Notes: a model not told the origin generated them from the sequence alone. Shown: positions 27,830 through 41,950, numbered from the stretch's first letter. The stretch: DNA of 64,000 nucleotides from Lama glama (GCA_028534125.1 CM052816.1:84012001-84076000), one strand, 5' to 3'. Numbers and translations: made by a program.

Positions 27830-28030
27830 TTGCTCACACATTTTCAACAGGGCTGGTGGGGGCAACTCCCTATGCACTGGGTAGCATCAGCTAGGGGGTG
27901 AACAAAGCATGGCTGGATGCAGGATTCAGATGCATTCAAGTGTGCATGTGCCAGGAAGTTGATGACCTGGCTTAGCTGGGAAGTCAGCTAGAGTTCTATG
28001 TCAGAAACCTACACATGACCTCTAGAGGCA
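27830..28030 (-). mobile_element. Old MLT1 LTR fragment
   Basis: 'ttagctgggaagtcagcta…acctacacatgacctct'. Confidence 0.5.
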
Positions 28031-28444
28031 CCTGCCCCGTATTGTCTGTTATGACAATGTTTAAAAAATCCAAATAAAGTTCACGCTACATATTTATAAT
28101 AGAATATATAAGTGAATCCAAATCTAAGAATTATTTAATTATCTTTATTTCTTAATTAAGCCTTTGAATAAAAAAAATGTAAAGGATATTGTGACTTAAC
28201 AATGTATTACCTAAATCATGAATAAGTGGGGTTTTTTTAAATTAATCATTAAAGACTCTATACAAAGACTTCTTTAATAGGACAGGCATTATGACATTTA
28301 TTAACATACATTTAATAGAATTACGGAAAGTCAACCTTGTAAAAGTAGTTCAGTTATTTATAGCCAATTCCCTCATCTTAAAAATGAGACTTGGAATAAT
28401 AATGTGACTTTTGATTGAGAAGCTCTAATGAGTAAAGCTATGTG

Positions 28445-28475
<31 letters not shown>

Positions 28476-28635
28476 TGCCTTAAGTAAAGTTGTACTTACA
28501 TTAAAAATAATAATTGTGATGTTTGACTGTTTTTCCCTTAAAATGTTTATTTATCTGTGAAAAATGAAATGAGATTTTATTTCTTTATTAATTATTCATT
28601 TCATGGTAAAGGCAGGAAAAGACGTAATGAAGTAG

Positions 28636-29013
28636 TGTTGCAGCCATCTGCAGATAAAGGGTGGTCTTCCACCCCAAATTTGGCTTACCTATTGAGACTG
28701 ATGATGCCACACATACACATCAAGGCGGTAGGAAGAGTTGTCAGTGACGTAGAGTCTTTCTGGGGAGCCCAGAGCAAATCCCAAGTAGATCCAGCAGTGG
28801 ACTGAGCATGCAGGGAAAGGAGATTACCTGGATTTCTGGTTCTTAGGGCCGAGGGTAAGGATGAGGGTTCCCATGTGCAAGGAATAAAGGAAGCAACACC
28901 TGGAATTTCTTGTCAGCTTGCCCAAATGTGGAGCAGGTGGAGAAGGGGAAATAGTGAATCTTAAAAGCTGTCAGCAGTCATCTTTTAAAAATTGAGGCAG
29001 ACTCTTTAATACA
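28636..29013 (-). mobile_element. ERVL-class solo LTR (LTR47-like)
   Basis: TG…CA termini with a perfect 5-bp TSD agtag (28631-28635 and 29014-29018). The minus strand starts 'tgtattaaagagtctgcctcaatttt…gactgctgacagctttt'. Confidence 0.8.
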
Positions 29014-30739
29014 AGTAGGCACTATATTTTTGCATAACATATGTATACTTTTCTAGATGACGTAATGTGGAGAGCCCTCAAAAGTCCTTGACTTCAGAGC
29101 ACAGGTAAAAATCATCTGTGTGCTGGATCATCTCACTTGTGTGAGCACCTGAGATACTGAGCCAGCCTCTTCCACGGTGTAGTATCCACACTGAAGTGCC
29201 CCTCACCTAATTCGATACGTGATTTCTTTTAATCATCAGAGAGGCCTCTGAATTTGAGAATCATTTGTCCAACTATACAGGTCAGGCAAGTAGAAATTAA
29301 AAGCATTACTAGTACTTGGTAATTCGAAAATTTGCAGATGTTTCAGTTTGTGTTTCTGGAAAGTATTAACAATCAACAATATGTAGAAAACAGGTGATGA
29401 ACTTGGAAAAAATAACCTAATGCAGATAGACAGATGGAATTAAACTATAATTAAATTAATACGTATAACCTCAAAAGCTAAGAAATCTGAGTCAGGAAAC
29501 TTTCCACTTTGCCTTTGTTTTATTTAGCAGGTGGTGCTCTGTTGGTTTAGATGGTATTTGAATTGAAGCTATGTTTCCTTGTTTATCAACAACTGTTGTC
29601 ATTACATGACTTAAAATATAATTGACGGAGAATTAAGAGGCAGATTGCAAAACATTCTTTATACAATGTTTAAAATGAAAAATGCCAGAAAATCATTTCT
29701 TTTTAACAACATTTAAATAATGTTCCCTTTTGGAGATTTTGAAAAAATATCAATTGTTTTTGTATTTTGAATAAGCACAATACATGATGCATTGTTATAT
29801 ATAAAGATGCAATTATATATAAACTATTTGATGTAAATGTAAACAAATATTGTCTATCAAAATATAGCATCAGAAAAATAATGAACTTATATGTTATTAT
29901 ATGATTTCTTTTCCTAAGGACATGCATTGTATATACCATTAGCTTTTATGCAATCGTTAATACATATTGATTAAAATAACACATACTCCAAGTAAAATTC
30001 ATCTCTTCAAAATAGTCTTTTTGTATCTGTTTTCTTTGATAATGAATAATTAATGAGAAAATTATATATCGATATTTTTAAAGTTATCTAATTTATATTA
30101 AAAGCTCTCTACATTTTAAGATTTTCTATATTTTATAGATGCTTAATTTCTTTCTCAAGTATAAGGAAACATTTATACCTTAATTACTGTCTCCACATTT
30201 CCCTTGCCTCTTAAAATTTTCTAATATCAGGATAGATGTTAAAGGTTATCAGCGTTCCTCATTGAAGGCACTCTGTGGATACACAATTTGTGTGTGTGTG
30301 TACCCATATCTGGCTGTGTAAGCATATGTAATGCATTCAGAAATAACATGAATGTGGTAGGTAAAATCTTTCACTATGTTGTATATCAAGAAGGTATTGA
30401 ATTAATGCCACATTAAAATCTATAAGCAAATAAAAAATAATGGAAAACAAAATGCTTTTTATCAAAAGTTGATTTTAGCGTCCCTGTTAAAAAGTGAAAA
30501 TGTCTATTAAATATATATTTTTCAAGACAATGCTCTTTAAAACAAAGCACTGAACCTTTAAAACATCTTTGAGTTTTAAGATTTTTAAATGTTAAACATC
30601 TTGAGCATGCTTTGGTTATCAAGCTTTATTTGCTAAAGTTTAGTTATAAATTTAGTTAGTTCACTCAACTCTTAGAATATCTGTCACCTATACTGAATTG
30701 TCCCACCTCTATAAAATCTACGAGCAAGAAAAGATAAAA

Positions 30740-31320
30740 AATACTATCCAACTGTTTTTAGAAAAGAAAGAAGAGGACCTTTGCAACCTGCTTTTGAGGC
30801 TTACACATACTGTACCTGGTGACAACACTGACAATAGCGTTACAGTAAAAGAAAACTGGAGGGATAAGCCTCCTAAACCCTACACACAGAGATTCGGAAG
30901 ATGACAGGTATAAAGCAAATTCAAAAACTTATTTTTAGGGGGAGGGGATAGCTCAGTGGTAGACTGCTTGCTTAGCTTGCACAAGGTCTTGGGTTCAATC
31001 CCCATTACGTCCACTTAAAAAAAAAAAAAGTAAATCAATAAACCTAATTACCCCTCCCCTAAAAATTATTTTTTAAAAAATTGTATGTATGCCAGAGCAC
31101 ATAGGGCTTATCCTGGGGGTGCAAAGTTAGTTCAATATTCAAAATTAATTAATGTAATTTTCCACATTAATACTATAAAGGAGAAATAACATGATTACTT
31201 TAAAAGACACAAAAAATGCATTTGACAAAACTCTAACACCCATTTATGATAAAAATTTTTCTCCAAGAATGAAAAGGAGTTTTCACAGTCTGATCAAAGG
31301 TACCCAAGAAAAACTTACCA
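30740..31320 (+). mobile_element. Old L1 ORF2 reverse-transcriptase fragment, interrupted by a SINE
   Basis: 'ttatcctgggggtgcaaagttagttcaatattc…gcatttgacaaaa…catttatgataaaa' corresponds to the L1 IPGMQGWFNI…AFDKIQHPFMIK region. Confidence 0.8.
30938..31060 (+). mobile_element. tRNA(Ala)-derived SINE, camelid vic-1-like
   Basis: 'gggggaggggatagctcagtggtaga' (A box) … 'gggttcaatcccc' (B box), an A-run, and the tail 'aataaacctaattacccctcccc'. Approximate TSD aaaaacttattttta/aaaaattatttttta. Confidence 0.85.
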
Positions 31321-31714
31321 CTTCAAATTAGTTTATTGTTCAATATGCTCTCAATAAGTCTAATGCTATCATTAGTATTTCTCTCAACACATGATCATTA
31401 ATGAATTAACATATGTAGTTTTTGGAACTGTGTTTGGTATATTATAAGTGCTATATAACTGTTTGCTTTTAGTGTTTACCCTGAGGCACATGTCCTTTTT
31501 CTTCCTGAAGTATTCCCGTATTGTCTCTTATGTAGTGAAATGAGGTATCTTTTACAATATCACATCTGCTAGTCACTTCTTCTAGTGATACAAGTGTTAA
31601 AATAAGTGCCCGGAGAGACACTGAACGTTCTTTCCTTAAATCATCCTCATGCCTGGATTTTCTCATTGTGGTCAAGGAAATACTAATATTTTAAAAAATT
31701 TTCTATGGCCCAAA

Positions 31715-31990
31715 ACTCTTTCCTGCTTTCAGTATCTTTAAAGGACTCAACCGACCAGGTAAAATTCACTCAGGATAACTTTCCTTTACTTAAATCAAAA
31801 TCAACATATTAGAATTTTTAATAACATAGGCAAAAATTCCTTTACCTTTGCCATATAACATAATCCAGTCATTGGAGTTACATCCATCATAGTCACAGAT
31901 TCTACCTACACTTGAATGAATTATGAAAGGCATATTCACACCAGCAAGTGGCAATCTTGGTGGTCATATGACAATTCTACTTATCACCTA
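31715..31990 (-). mobile_element. MLT1E/F-like LTR fragment
   Basis: 'ttaaaggactca…caggataa…aaattcctttacctttgccatataacataa…catccatcatagtcacag'. Confidence 0.65.
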
Positions 31991-32389
31991 CTAGAAGGTC
32001 TGTTTTTACTGTGACCTCAACTTCATGTTATTCCTTATTCTACTCAGTCTTAAGGGTCCTAGGTAAGTACCTATATTCTCCTTCATTCCCCCAGTCTTCA
32101 CTGTACGACCATAAACTTCAAAGATTGTGGCTGGGAATATGGATTTGTGTTGTTGTTATATTCAAAATGAGGTTTACTTTTTCCCCTTAGTACAGGTGAC
32201 AGAGAATGCCACTTAATAATAATAAACATAGTTAATACTTTGATTATTGACAAAAATAAGGATAAATGAAAGTGGCCTTATTTAGATTACATAATGTATT
32301 CGGTTATTTTTAAGTTTTACAACTCATTTTTGTTTCTGCGTCCCTAAGCCTGATGACACGTGCTCATCATTTTGGTCCACCTGCAGCAG

Positions 32390-32755
32390 GCTGGAGAAAA
32401 TATGTTAGTGTTCACCCACCCTCCTCACCGTCTCTGCAGCCCCAGTCCATGTAGGAGTACTTTATAGTGCTTCCCTGATGAACTTACGCATGGCTACAAC
32501 ATGCTTTATCTAACTGAATGCCAGTGGCAATGACTTATGTTATTTACAGACAAGGATTTAAGAAATAGTGAGTGTTTTACCACATTTTCTTCTACCTTTT
32601 TCTGAAATTATGGAATTATATATTGAGATGGAGCCCCATTTGCTATTGTAAAATAGACATACAGGTTAAGTGATCATTAAATTTTCGCTACTTCCCAGTA
32701 GCAAAATTTTGGGGGTTGTCTGTTATTTTAGCATAATATAGCTCTTTTCAACTAT
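32390..32755 (+). mobile_element. Old MLT1 (I/J-like) LTR
   Basis: 'catgcttt…tgaatg…gagatggagcc…tttgggggttgtctgttat…agcataa'. Confidence 0.5.
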
Positions 32756-33025
32756 TCTCCCTAGTTAGGGGCGATATTGCAGATTCCTTTTATTATTGTT
32801 AATTTCTTCTGTTGTGGTTGTGTTTATGTGTGATATTTGAAAACACTTTCATTAGCTTCCTCGCTGACCAAGTTACTTGCAAATTAATTTTTTTTTAAGC
32901 CATGGGACTTCATTTGGTTTACTTCATATTTAAACCTTATCATGTGGTCACATTTATAAAATAAACAGTTTTCTGACACTGCCTCATTCTAAATTTCCTT
33001 CCTCTTCTTTAATGAGTTTTGATGT

Positions 33026-33029
<4 letters not shown>

Positions 33030-33056
<27 letters not shown>
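33030..33056. repeat. (TG)n microsatellite
   Basis: Direct reading of the sequence. Confidence 0.95.
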
Positions 33057-34467
33057 CTGACAGAAAGATAGAGAGATTGGGTTGTGATCTCCACCTTCAC
33101 TCCATGATCATCCCCTGGTCTCACTATGTGTCCTTCTTGCTGATGCCTCATTTGCTCTGACTTCAGACTTTCCATCTTAACTGCAAATCATTTTGGTTAA
33201 GTCAAGAAAAATTTTTTCTGGTTCTTTTAGCTCTTAAAGATCGATTAGCTTAATGCAGGCACATTAAGCTGCATCATGACCTGGTTCGGCCATGATACGG
33301 AACAGATCCACATGCAAACTCACACTGAAAAGCACATTTTTCCCACATGCTTTTTCTTACAATAGAATCCAGTCATTGTGAAGGGCAGTAGCTCCATGAG
33401 TTTTCTGTCTATTACTCTCTCATAACTGTTCAACCTTACCAAGGACAAGTCAATGAATTTATTTTTAAGTGTTGACTGTAAGATGGTTTATGTTGCTTGC
33501 CCCCTGATATTTTATCAAGCTCTAGTAACATTTTGTTCTTTTTGTTCTCACATTTAGATTATGTGAGAAATTAATAAACCTGGCATCAAGGGAAGCTTTG
33601 AACTACCTTATAATATTTTCAGTTCATGTAAAACTATACAACAAAACCCGGGATTTTGTCTTTTGAAATAGAACACCTGACAAGCTTTGACAGACAAATA
33701 TTTCAGGTGTGCCACATCACTCTTCTGAAGTGAAACATCAACTTTATGTCGACCTAATATTGCTCCTAATCACTAATAATCCTTCGTGATGTATCACATC
33801 AGTGTAGTGCAAAAGGAACTAAAGCATGTGCTTGTACCTGAAAAGTCTTAAAAATGAAATAAAAATATTAGGTTTGACCCTGGAGCAAGCCTCTTGAGTA
33901 TGAGTTGTCAAAGGAAATTTTTTTAAGTTGTTTCAAAAGACACAGACAGCAGGCTTATTTTTCTGTCTGTGGTTATTGTAAATGCTTGATATTTTTGAAT
34001 TTACAAAATGAAATAGATTCTAATTTTACTTTTAATGCGGAGATAAACATAAGGCAGAGAATAATCATTAAAATGGCAAATTTCGTTGCTTACTTTTAAA
34101 ATAGCACTTACTCTACAAATGCATTCATATGCATTTATTGCAGGTCATTATATTATATTTTTTTATCCTAATTTTAACTATGATAAGAATCATCTTTTCC
34201 CTTCAAGTAGTTGATAATTCAAACTCCACTGTGTGTTTGGGGGCAGGAGAGCTGAGACATTCATATGTTCAAACCAACTGTAATTCTTTCTAGTAGAATA
34301 ATAAAATATTATGCATAAAGGAAACAAGAAGACAAGATCAACTCCAACAGAGGAGAAACTAGATTCAGTGAAGTCTTCACAGAAAAAAAAAATTTCCTAT
34401 AATACCAGAAGAAAGTTCATAAATAGGAGATGGGAAAAATATATGTAACAAGGTATGTATATTAGTC

Positions 34468-35022
34468 TGTGAAAGATTTCAAAACCTGCCACCCCCAAAC
34501 CACACTGCTTTAGTTTATTATTTTGAGCTGAAGGCACTTGGAAAAACCACAAAGGCAGGGGAAACTTTCTCTGAACTCGCCTTATCGGCCCAAAGACTGA
34601 ACCAGATTGTCATAAATCCGCTCTCTAGCAGTTTTACCAGCCAGGAAAGGCTGACTCTCAGCACGGAGGAAGGGACGAGAGTTGACCCCACACCTGGATA
34701 AAGTTGTCACAAGTGATCATATCTTCTGTCTGTTCTTCTAAAGGCCCATCTATCCTTCCTGAAAACACTTTACTCTCCTAAGTTGCCTCCATCTCCCCTC
34801 GCCCTCCCCAGCTAAGATGGTATATGAGCTCTCACATCTCTGTACTTTTTAGAGGTATTCACTTTTTTCCCTGTAATGTCCTCATGCATATGCTATTAAA
34901 AAATACACACACACACACACACACACATATATATTCTCCTGTTAATCTGCTTATTGTCAGTTTGTTTCATAGACCCAACTCTTGAACCCAGGAGGGCAGA
35001 AGGAAAGTCTTTCCTCCTCTAT
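34468..35022 (+). mobile_element. MER34-like ERV1 solo LTR
   Basis: Starts 'tgccaccccca…attattttgagctgaaggca' and ends 'ttctcctgttaatctg…gtcagtt…aggaaagtctttcctcc'. Confidence 0.75.
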
Positions 35023-35419
35023 GCCTGCACAGACTGGTGGCTTCAACAACAGGCATTTATTTTCTCACAGTTCAGAAGGCTGGAATTCCATGAGCAAGGT
35101 GCTGGCAGGGTCGGTGTCTCTCCTTGGCGTGAGGACAGCCACCTTCACACTGTGTCCTGACTCGGCTTTTTTGTGTGTGTGTCCATGAACCACTAAGGTC
35201 TCTTCCTTTTCTCATAAGGATATCAGTACTATTAGATGAAGGTCCCACCTTTATGATCCCTTTTAAACCTTATGATCCCTTTTAACCTTTATGATCCCTT
35301 TTAACCTTAATTGCCTCTTTAAAGACCCGATTTCCAAATACAATCACATTCTAAGGTACTGGGGACTAGGGCTTTAACATGTAAATGTTAGGTGGGGAGA
35401 CACAATTCAGTCCATAACA
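35023..35419 (-). mobile_element. MLT1A/B-type LTR (terminal stub at ~34456-34467)
   Basis: 'cacagactggtggcttcaacaacaggcatttattttctcacagttc…ggagacacaattcagtccataaca'. Internal 20-bp unit repeated 3 times (accttt atgatcccttttaa) at ~35247-35308. Confidence 0.85.
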
Positions 35420-35864
35420 GTCCATCATAAAGAAACAGACAAAGAAGGAGAGCAATGAACTTGGAAAGTTAGGCAGTGATAATGCATGTAAAATGGGAAA
35501 GATGAATAGGAATGTAAGAATGATATTACTGTACACAATGTGGTCATCATCTTTTCTATTTTGCCTAAGTGTCATGTGCGTGTATGCATGGTGATGTGCT
35601 TTGCATCATTTTTTTTTTTAATCAGAAGCAGGAGTTGAATTTTTATCAAGTGACTTTTCATTCATGTAGTATGAGGTCTTATTCTAGGTTGCCTATTAGT
35701 AGTTATGGATATAAATTTAACTATTCATTGACTTCCACTATGTCATCATCTGTATTTATAGGTGCTTTCATTTTTATAATTTTTGGTTTTATTTGATACA
35801 TACTACTTCACAAAATATCATTTTCCATCTGCTGTTATCAGAAACAGTTTACATAAAATGCTGA

Positions 35865-36150
35865 TTGCTTCCTGTATCTATGGCTGCACAGCAAATCATA
35901 GCAGACTGAAGTGATTTAGAGCAGCAGTTTCTCATTTCTCATAATGCTATGGATTGTCAGTATGGATAGATCTTCTGCTGGTCATGCCCGACATGCTCTC
36001 ACGGCCAAAGTCACGTGAGGACCGCACTGGGACTGGAGCACCTCAGGTGGCCTGATTCACAGTCTGGCAGTTGGGACTGGCTGTTGGCGGTGGTACATCT
36101 GTTCATCTCCCTGGTGCTTGTTATCTTCCAAAAGGCTCTTCAATTACTTT
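35865..36150 (-). mobile_element. Old MLT1 LTR fragment
   Basis: 'ggctgcacagcaaat…tttctcataat…ttcttctgctgg…cacagtctggcagttgg…ggctgttggc'. Confidence 0.55.
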
Positions 36151-36924
36151 CCAGGGAATTCTGTTTTCTGCCAGAACCTTAGTGACAAATACAATTTTTT
36201 TTGCCTTCTCTCAAAAAACTTACAGTCTAATTTGGGATGATTATATACACTTATTTAAATTGTTTTGTATGTTATGATAGAAGAATGCATGATAATATTT
36301 TTAGCAAAGACCAGAATTTATTTTTGTTTATTTATTGTTTCATAAAGAAGGGATATTTATGGTGAATTTATGATTAATGAGTAGGTTTTCAACAAAGAAA
36401 CAATAATGGGCATGAAGTTAGTTTCTTTTGCTTCTCTCCTCTTAAATTTTAGTTTTTCTTGTCATTCTATCATTAGACTACTTATTTTCTACTTCTGAAT
36501 TCCTTATAAAAGGAGCAATTATTGGAATATGAAACTGTAAACCACTGCTAAATGCTAATCATATGCATATATATACACATATAAATACCTGAAAATACTG
36601 ATAGGAAGTTTTTCCCAGCCAAGATCTGCCTGTTAAAATATAAGTACAATGGTATTTATAACAAATCAAACACCAAAATGTAATGATCTCCTCTAATTTC
36701 TCTTAACTTTAGAGGACTTATGCGGTAAATAACCTCGCTTGCACTAACATTATTTGTTTATTCTTACTCCCTAAATATATCATTCCTTTTTTATATTATC
36801 ATTGCCTAGGCGTCAACCCATCTCAAGCCTTTTGTTAAAAAATTATTGTTCAGTTAATTTCCATAAGTTGTATTTAGCTTAATATTGTATTAAATTATGA
36901 AAATATAAGCATGGTTTTGCATTG

Positions 36925-38725
36925 CTAAACGAAGTATTTCAGGTAATAAGTAATCTTACAAAAGTTGCCAGATGCACAGTCAATATAAATAAATTAGGTA
37001 TATTTCTGAATAGTAGCATCAAAAAATTTAAATATAAAATTTAAAACTACCATATAATAATAGCATCAAAAATATAAAATCAGCAGAATACGTTTAACAA
37101 ACAATTTCTAAAACCTTTACAGTGGAGTACAAAACATTGAAGTAAAAACATTAAAGAAATTCTAAATAGTTAAAGAGAAATGACATTTATGAAAACATTG
37201 TAAAGGTATTAATTTTTCTCATATATAGTATCAATATCAATAAAAATATCAATAAAAATACTTAAGATTTTTAATTTTATGTAAAGTGAGAAGGTGATTC
37301 TAAAATTTAGTTTGTAATGAAAAGAATCTACAATAGTCAATATATTCTTAAGGAAGAATAAAAGTGAAGGACATACACGCCAGATTTGAAGAATCATTAA
37401 AAAGCTGTAGTTATTAGCATCATATGGTATTGGCCTAAGAATAGACAAATCATATAGATAGCACCCAAATTAACCCATATATTGTGCACTTGGTTTATAT
37501 CAAAGGTTAAATAGAGGAAATAATGTTGAAGCAATACATTAATAAAAGATGTTGAATCAAGTAATTTTTATCTGTATAATGAAAAGAATAAAACTTAACT
37601 ATCTTATACCATTCAATGAAATTGACAAAACTGTTCATAGACATAACTGTGAAAAAATCTGAAGTCTCTATAAAACACAGAGGGATATCTATGTGACCCT
37701 GCAATAGGTAAAGATCTCTAGCATATAAGTCAAAAACACTGAAGAACTAGTTATAAAACAAAAAATTTTTAATTGGCTTTATAATACCGATTTTTTACTT
37801 TGTCAAAAAAATGCATGAAAAAAGTGAAAATACCAAAGAAATAGTGGAAGAAAATATATATTTGCTGTATATATTTTTGAAGGACTCATATCCATAACAT
37901 ACAAAGGACTTCTACAAATCAATAAGAAAAAAGAATAAAAATAATGGGAGAGCTCCCTTGAAAAGAATTTTCAGATAAGTGGCATTTTAATGGCTAAAAG
38001 TATAATTAAATATAGTCAACATGACTATTCATCAGGAAAATGCAAATTAAAAACACAAAGTAATATTGTTACATAAATACAAAATAAATGTATAAAGAAA
38101 CACAGTTACTAGAATAACTACAATTAACTAAGACTGAAAATATCTAGGGTGTGGAACAGGTGGAAAAACTGAATTCCCTTCCATAACTGGTAGGGGTGTA
38201 AAATTACAAAACTGCTTCAGGATAACTGGCCATTTCCATTAGTTCCACCCTTAAATGGATATACAAGAGAAATGAGTCCACACAAATATAAGAATATCTA
38301 TAACATTTATTCAGATTGATAAGAATTGGAAAACCCACATTTAACAACAGAGAATGAGTAAATTGTGGGAAATCTTGAAAAGGAATACTACAGAACAGTA
38401 TAAAAAATGTACTTCACATAAATACAACATGAACAACCTTAACAGACATAATATTGAATGAAGTGAGCTCAGGACAAAAATAACATCTATTGTATGATTT
38501 CATGTATTTGGCTAGAATAGCCAAAGCAAACCAGATGAGAGAATTCAGAATAGCAGTTAATTCTAGGGGCTAGTTTAGGCTGAGAAAGAACAAGAAATTT
38601 CCTTCCTGGTGCTGAGATTGTTCTATGTGTTGTTCTGGGTCGTGACTGCATGAGAGAATACACATGTAAACATCATCGTGTTATATTTGGAGATTTAGTC
38701 TACTTCATTCATTTTACGAAATGTG
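36925..38725 (+). mobile_element. Old L1 (L1MC/ME-like) ORF2 3' half and 3' UTR
   Basis: 'aaagttgccagatgcacagtcaatata' (KVAGYKINIQ-like), 'atggtattggcctaagaatagacaaa', 'atcaggaaaatgcaaattaaaa'. Confidence 0.85.
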
Positions 38726-39634
38726 TTTTGCTCGCTGATTTTCATAAAGCAAGTAAATATCTCCATTTGTGGAAAATGTATCTCAGGCAACTACTCATAA
38801 TTGACAAACTTATTTTTTCCCTAAGACAGGTGATATTCAAAAAGAGGAAATATTTCAACTTCTTCATTATCAAAACAATAAATCCTTATTCTTGTCCCTG
38901 ACAATCAGACATAAAATAAACAGGTTCAGCTTGTTGTTAATAGTTAATCTGAAGATCATATTATACAATAGAAATGTCATGTGTCTCCTAGAGAATCTGC
39001 TATACAAATGCTGGCAAAAGGGTAGACTTAAGTATGTAAAAAACACCAAGTAAAAACTTAAAAGTATTTCCATGATATTTGAAGACTTATAAAGAGTAGC
39101 CAGATGATCTAGAACTTTAAATAGTTATGCCATTTCAGTTATGTTTAAAGACAAATGCATAGTTAAAGCCAATTAAGTTCATTATCAGAAAACAGCCTGT
39201 CTGTTCAGACATAGCATATAGTTTCACACATTTGTTTCATCTTTTGAAAGTATCAGTCATTGATGACTATCTCAAAGAGCTTTAAATTCATTGTGAGATT
39301 CTTTCCTTGATAAAAAGAGTATTATAATTACAAACAAATAAATAGACAAACTTTGATATGGAAATTAAGATAGCACACGGTGGACATGGTTGCAAAATGT
39401 CTTCTAATTAGTCATTAGGGGTGGTTTGGCTAATACTTCTTCACTAATGGATCTGTATTCCTATAAAGTTTCACACTTTATCAAAGAAACTCTTCTGCAT
39501 AATGAGAACCTGCCAGCATATTAGTGGTAGTTACCCAAGTCTTTTAGAACCTCATAATTAGCCCATATATTGTTTTCTACTTTTCACTTTTTTCTTTCTT
39601 TAATATCTAAGAAACCCAAAGGATAATTATTATA

Positions 39635-39760
39635 GTTATAATTTTTAAATAGGAAAATTGAGGGTCACAGAATTCAAAAGTCATGTTCAGGATTACACAG
39701 TTAATAGGAAGTGACAGTAAGGCTTGAAGTCATTTAGGTTATGTTTCCAGAAGCTTAATT
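39635..39760 (-). mobile_element. MIR fragment
   Basis: 'attttt…ggaaaattgagggtcacaga…caggattacacagttaatagg'. Confidence 0.6.
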
Positions 39761-41769
39761 TTATGAGAATAAGAAAACATTGCTGCTAAATTTTCTCCAT
39801 AATTATTATGAAATTTTAAAAGATGGTCTCATTTATCAATTTTCCAACATAAGGGTGTGAATCAGTTCTCACTCTGCTGAGCAAACGAATTGATTTAGAG
39901 TCAAAAATCACAGATTGGATGAGACCTACATTTTCATTTGAGTTCTTTAGTTACTATCTCATTTATTGTGATCATCTACCATGAAAGATATTAAATTTGT
40001 TCTTGAAGTGCTAACAATAACCCCTGAAAGATGCAGTTATAATTTAAGCAAATGTTTTAATATTCATAGAAGGAATAAATGATACTTTATATGTAGCAAG
40101 AACAAAAAGACACCTGCATTGTAAAGGATCTTACATACTGTCTCAAACTACATTATTCAAGAGACAAGACTATAAATCACACAGAGGGAAGCTAATGAAA
40201 TTTACCAGTTCATATTTTTTTGGAGCACTTGACTAAACCACACTGAAAGTGATTCTGAAATACAAAGAATTTACCATCTACTACATCGATTAATTTAAAA
40301 AAAAGGATAGTCTAAAAATGACAATTAGATATTGAATATGAAAATGAGAAGTAGTGTTATTTTGAGTCAGGTGATAGAGATGTTACGAAAAAAAATCAGT
40401 TGGAAAGAATTAATGATTTTTCACTGTTCCACAACAGTGAAATTGTGCTAAGTTAAGTATCAGCTTTAACAAAGTCTCTTTCAACAAATTAAAGTTTTTT
40501 AAAGATACTGATAGTGATAAAATAGTAAAATAATAATAATAATTTTAACGTTATTTCAATATCAAATAAAACACAATATTATGCATTTAAAATTTAAAAT
40601 TAAAATTCATTTAAATCAACTACTACTGTCCTATTTTCCATGTTTTTACATTTTATTACCTGAGCATGAAATAAACATTTAATATTTAATGCAAAAAAAA
40701 AATAAGTATTTTGGACTTAAGGAAACTATGTATGTACAAGGGCATTTAAAACATTGTATATTATTAGAACTCAGTAGTAGGATCATTAATTGACTTTATT
40801 CATTTATTTATTTTTTAATTTCCAGAAAGCCAAAGATTAAGAAAATATTTTAATTGAATTTAATCATAAACATCAAACAAGTGAATGTAAATTATTATAT
40901 ATACAAATAATACATATAAAACAAATAAACTAAATATGTATAATATAAATATATAAATATATGAATGTATTGAATTATTTATAACTTGAACTGCAAGTTA
41001 GCATTATTAATTACTTAAATATGTACTCTTGTTATCTGAATGGGCTTTTGCAAAAAACATTACACAGTATGCATTTAGTTGTATTATTTTCTTAAGGAGA
41101 TTTGTTTTTTAAAATGTATCTTCACACTGAATTTTCTCTCCAATTGTTTTACGTCTATCTCATTTATCTTGAAGAATATTGGGAACAAGTCAAATCTGAA
41201 AATACTTTTTTCATTACACATTTATATCTACCTTACACATTAGTCACTAATTATGGGTGATGAAGTTTTTATTAAAGTGACATTAACAGGGTACAAACGT
41301 GTCAACTTACTTTGGTGATGGAGATTTCTCCTGTGCTGCTGCTGGGAGCTTTCTACCTCGGCCCTTCTAAATCACTCTCTCAATTTCCCCCTCTCCCTCT
41401 GTCTCATTCTCTTTTGCACATAAAACACATAACACTCTTAATCTTCCTTTCCAAAGATATAACTGGACACATATAAACTAAATTTGATAAGCAAACCTAG
41501 TTGTATCTTTGTATGTAAACAAAAAATTTCATATGAGCATTTCACTGGCATGCCATTGTACTTTCATAGGCTTCCCCCTAACTTTCATGCAGCAAATTTT
41601 AAAATACAAAAAGAGTTTTAAAAACTTCAAGAAAAGGAAAAAAAATAAGAACTTTTTCTAAAGAGACCTGCTTATTTTGTTGGTCAGTGGCTCTTCTTTA
41701 TAATATTAGCTGTTTAACCCTCTGCTAAGCATTTATTATGATTTGTATTTATTTATCTTTAAAAGTATA

Positions 41770-41950
41770 TTTCCTGTTTTTTTCCAGACTTGTGAGCTCA
41801 GTGAGAGCAGGAATTTTGTTTGGCTTTTTAATCAATGTAATTCCATTATCTATAGTAGTGGCTGACAAATAGTAGGCGTTTAGGAAAGCATTGACCAGAT
41901 TACAGGATGCAGCCAATAACTATTTGTTGAATAATAAATAAATACACAAA
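41770..41950 (+). mobile_element. L2 3' end
   Basis: 'agacttgtgagctc..tgagagcaggaattttgt…tagtggctgacaaatagtaggcg…tatttgttgaata'. Confidence 0.7.

Noticed and set aside
30938..31013. Possible tRNA-Ala gene
   Set aside because: It has a degenerate anticodon arm, a SINE tail and a TSD, so it is a SINE.
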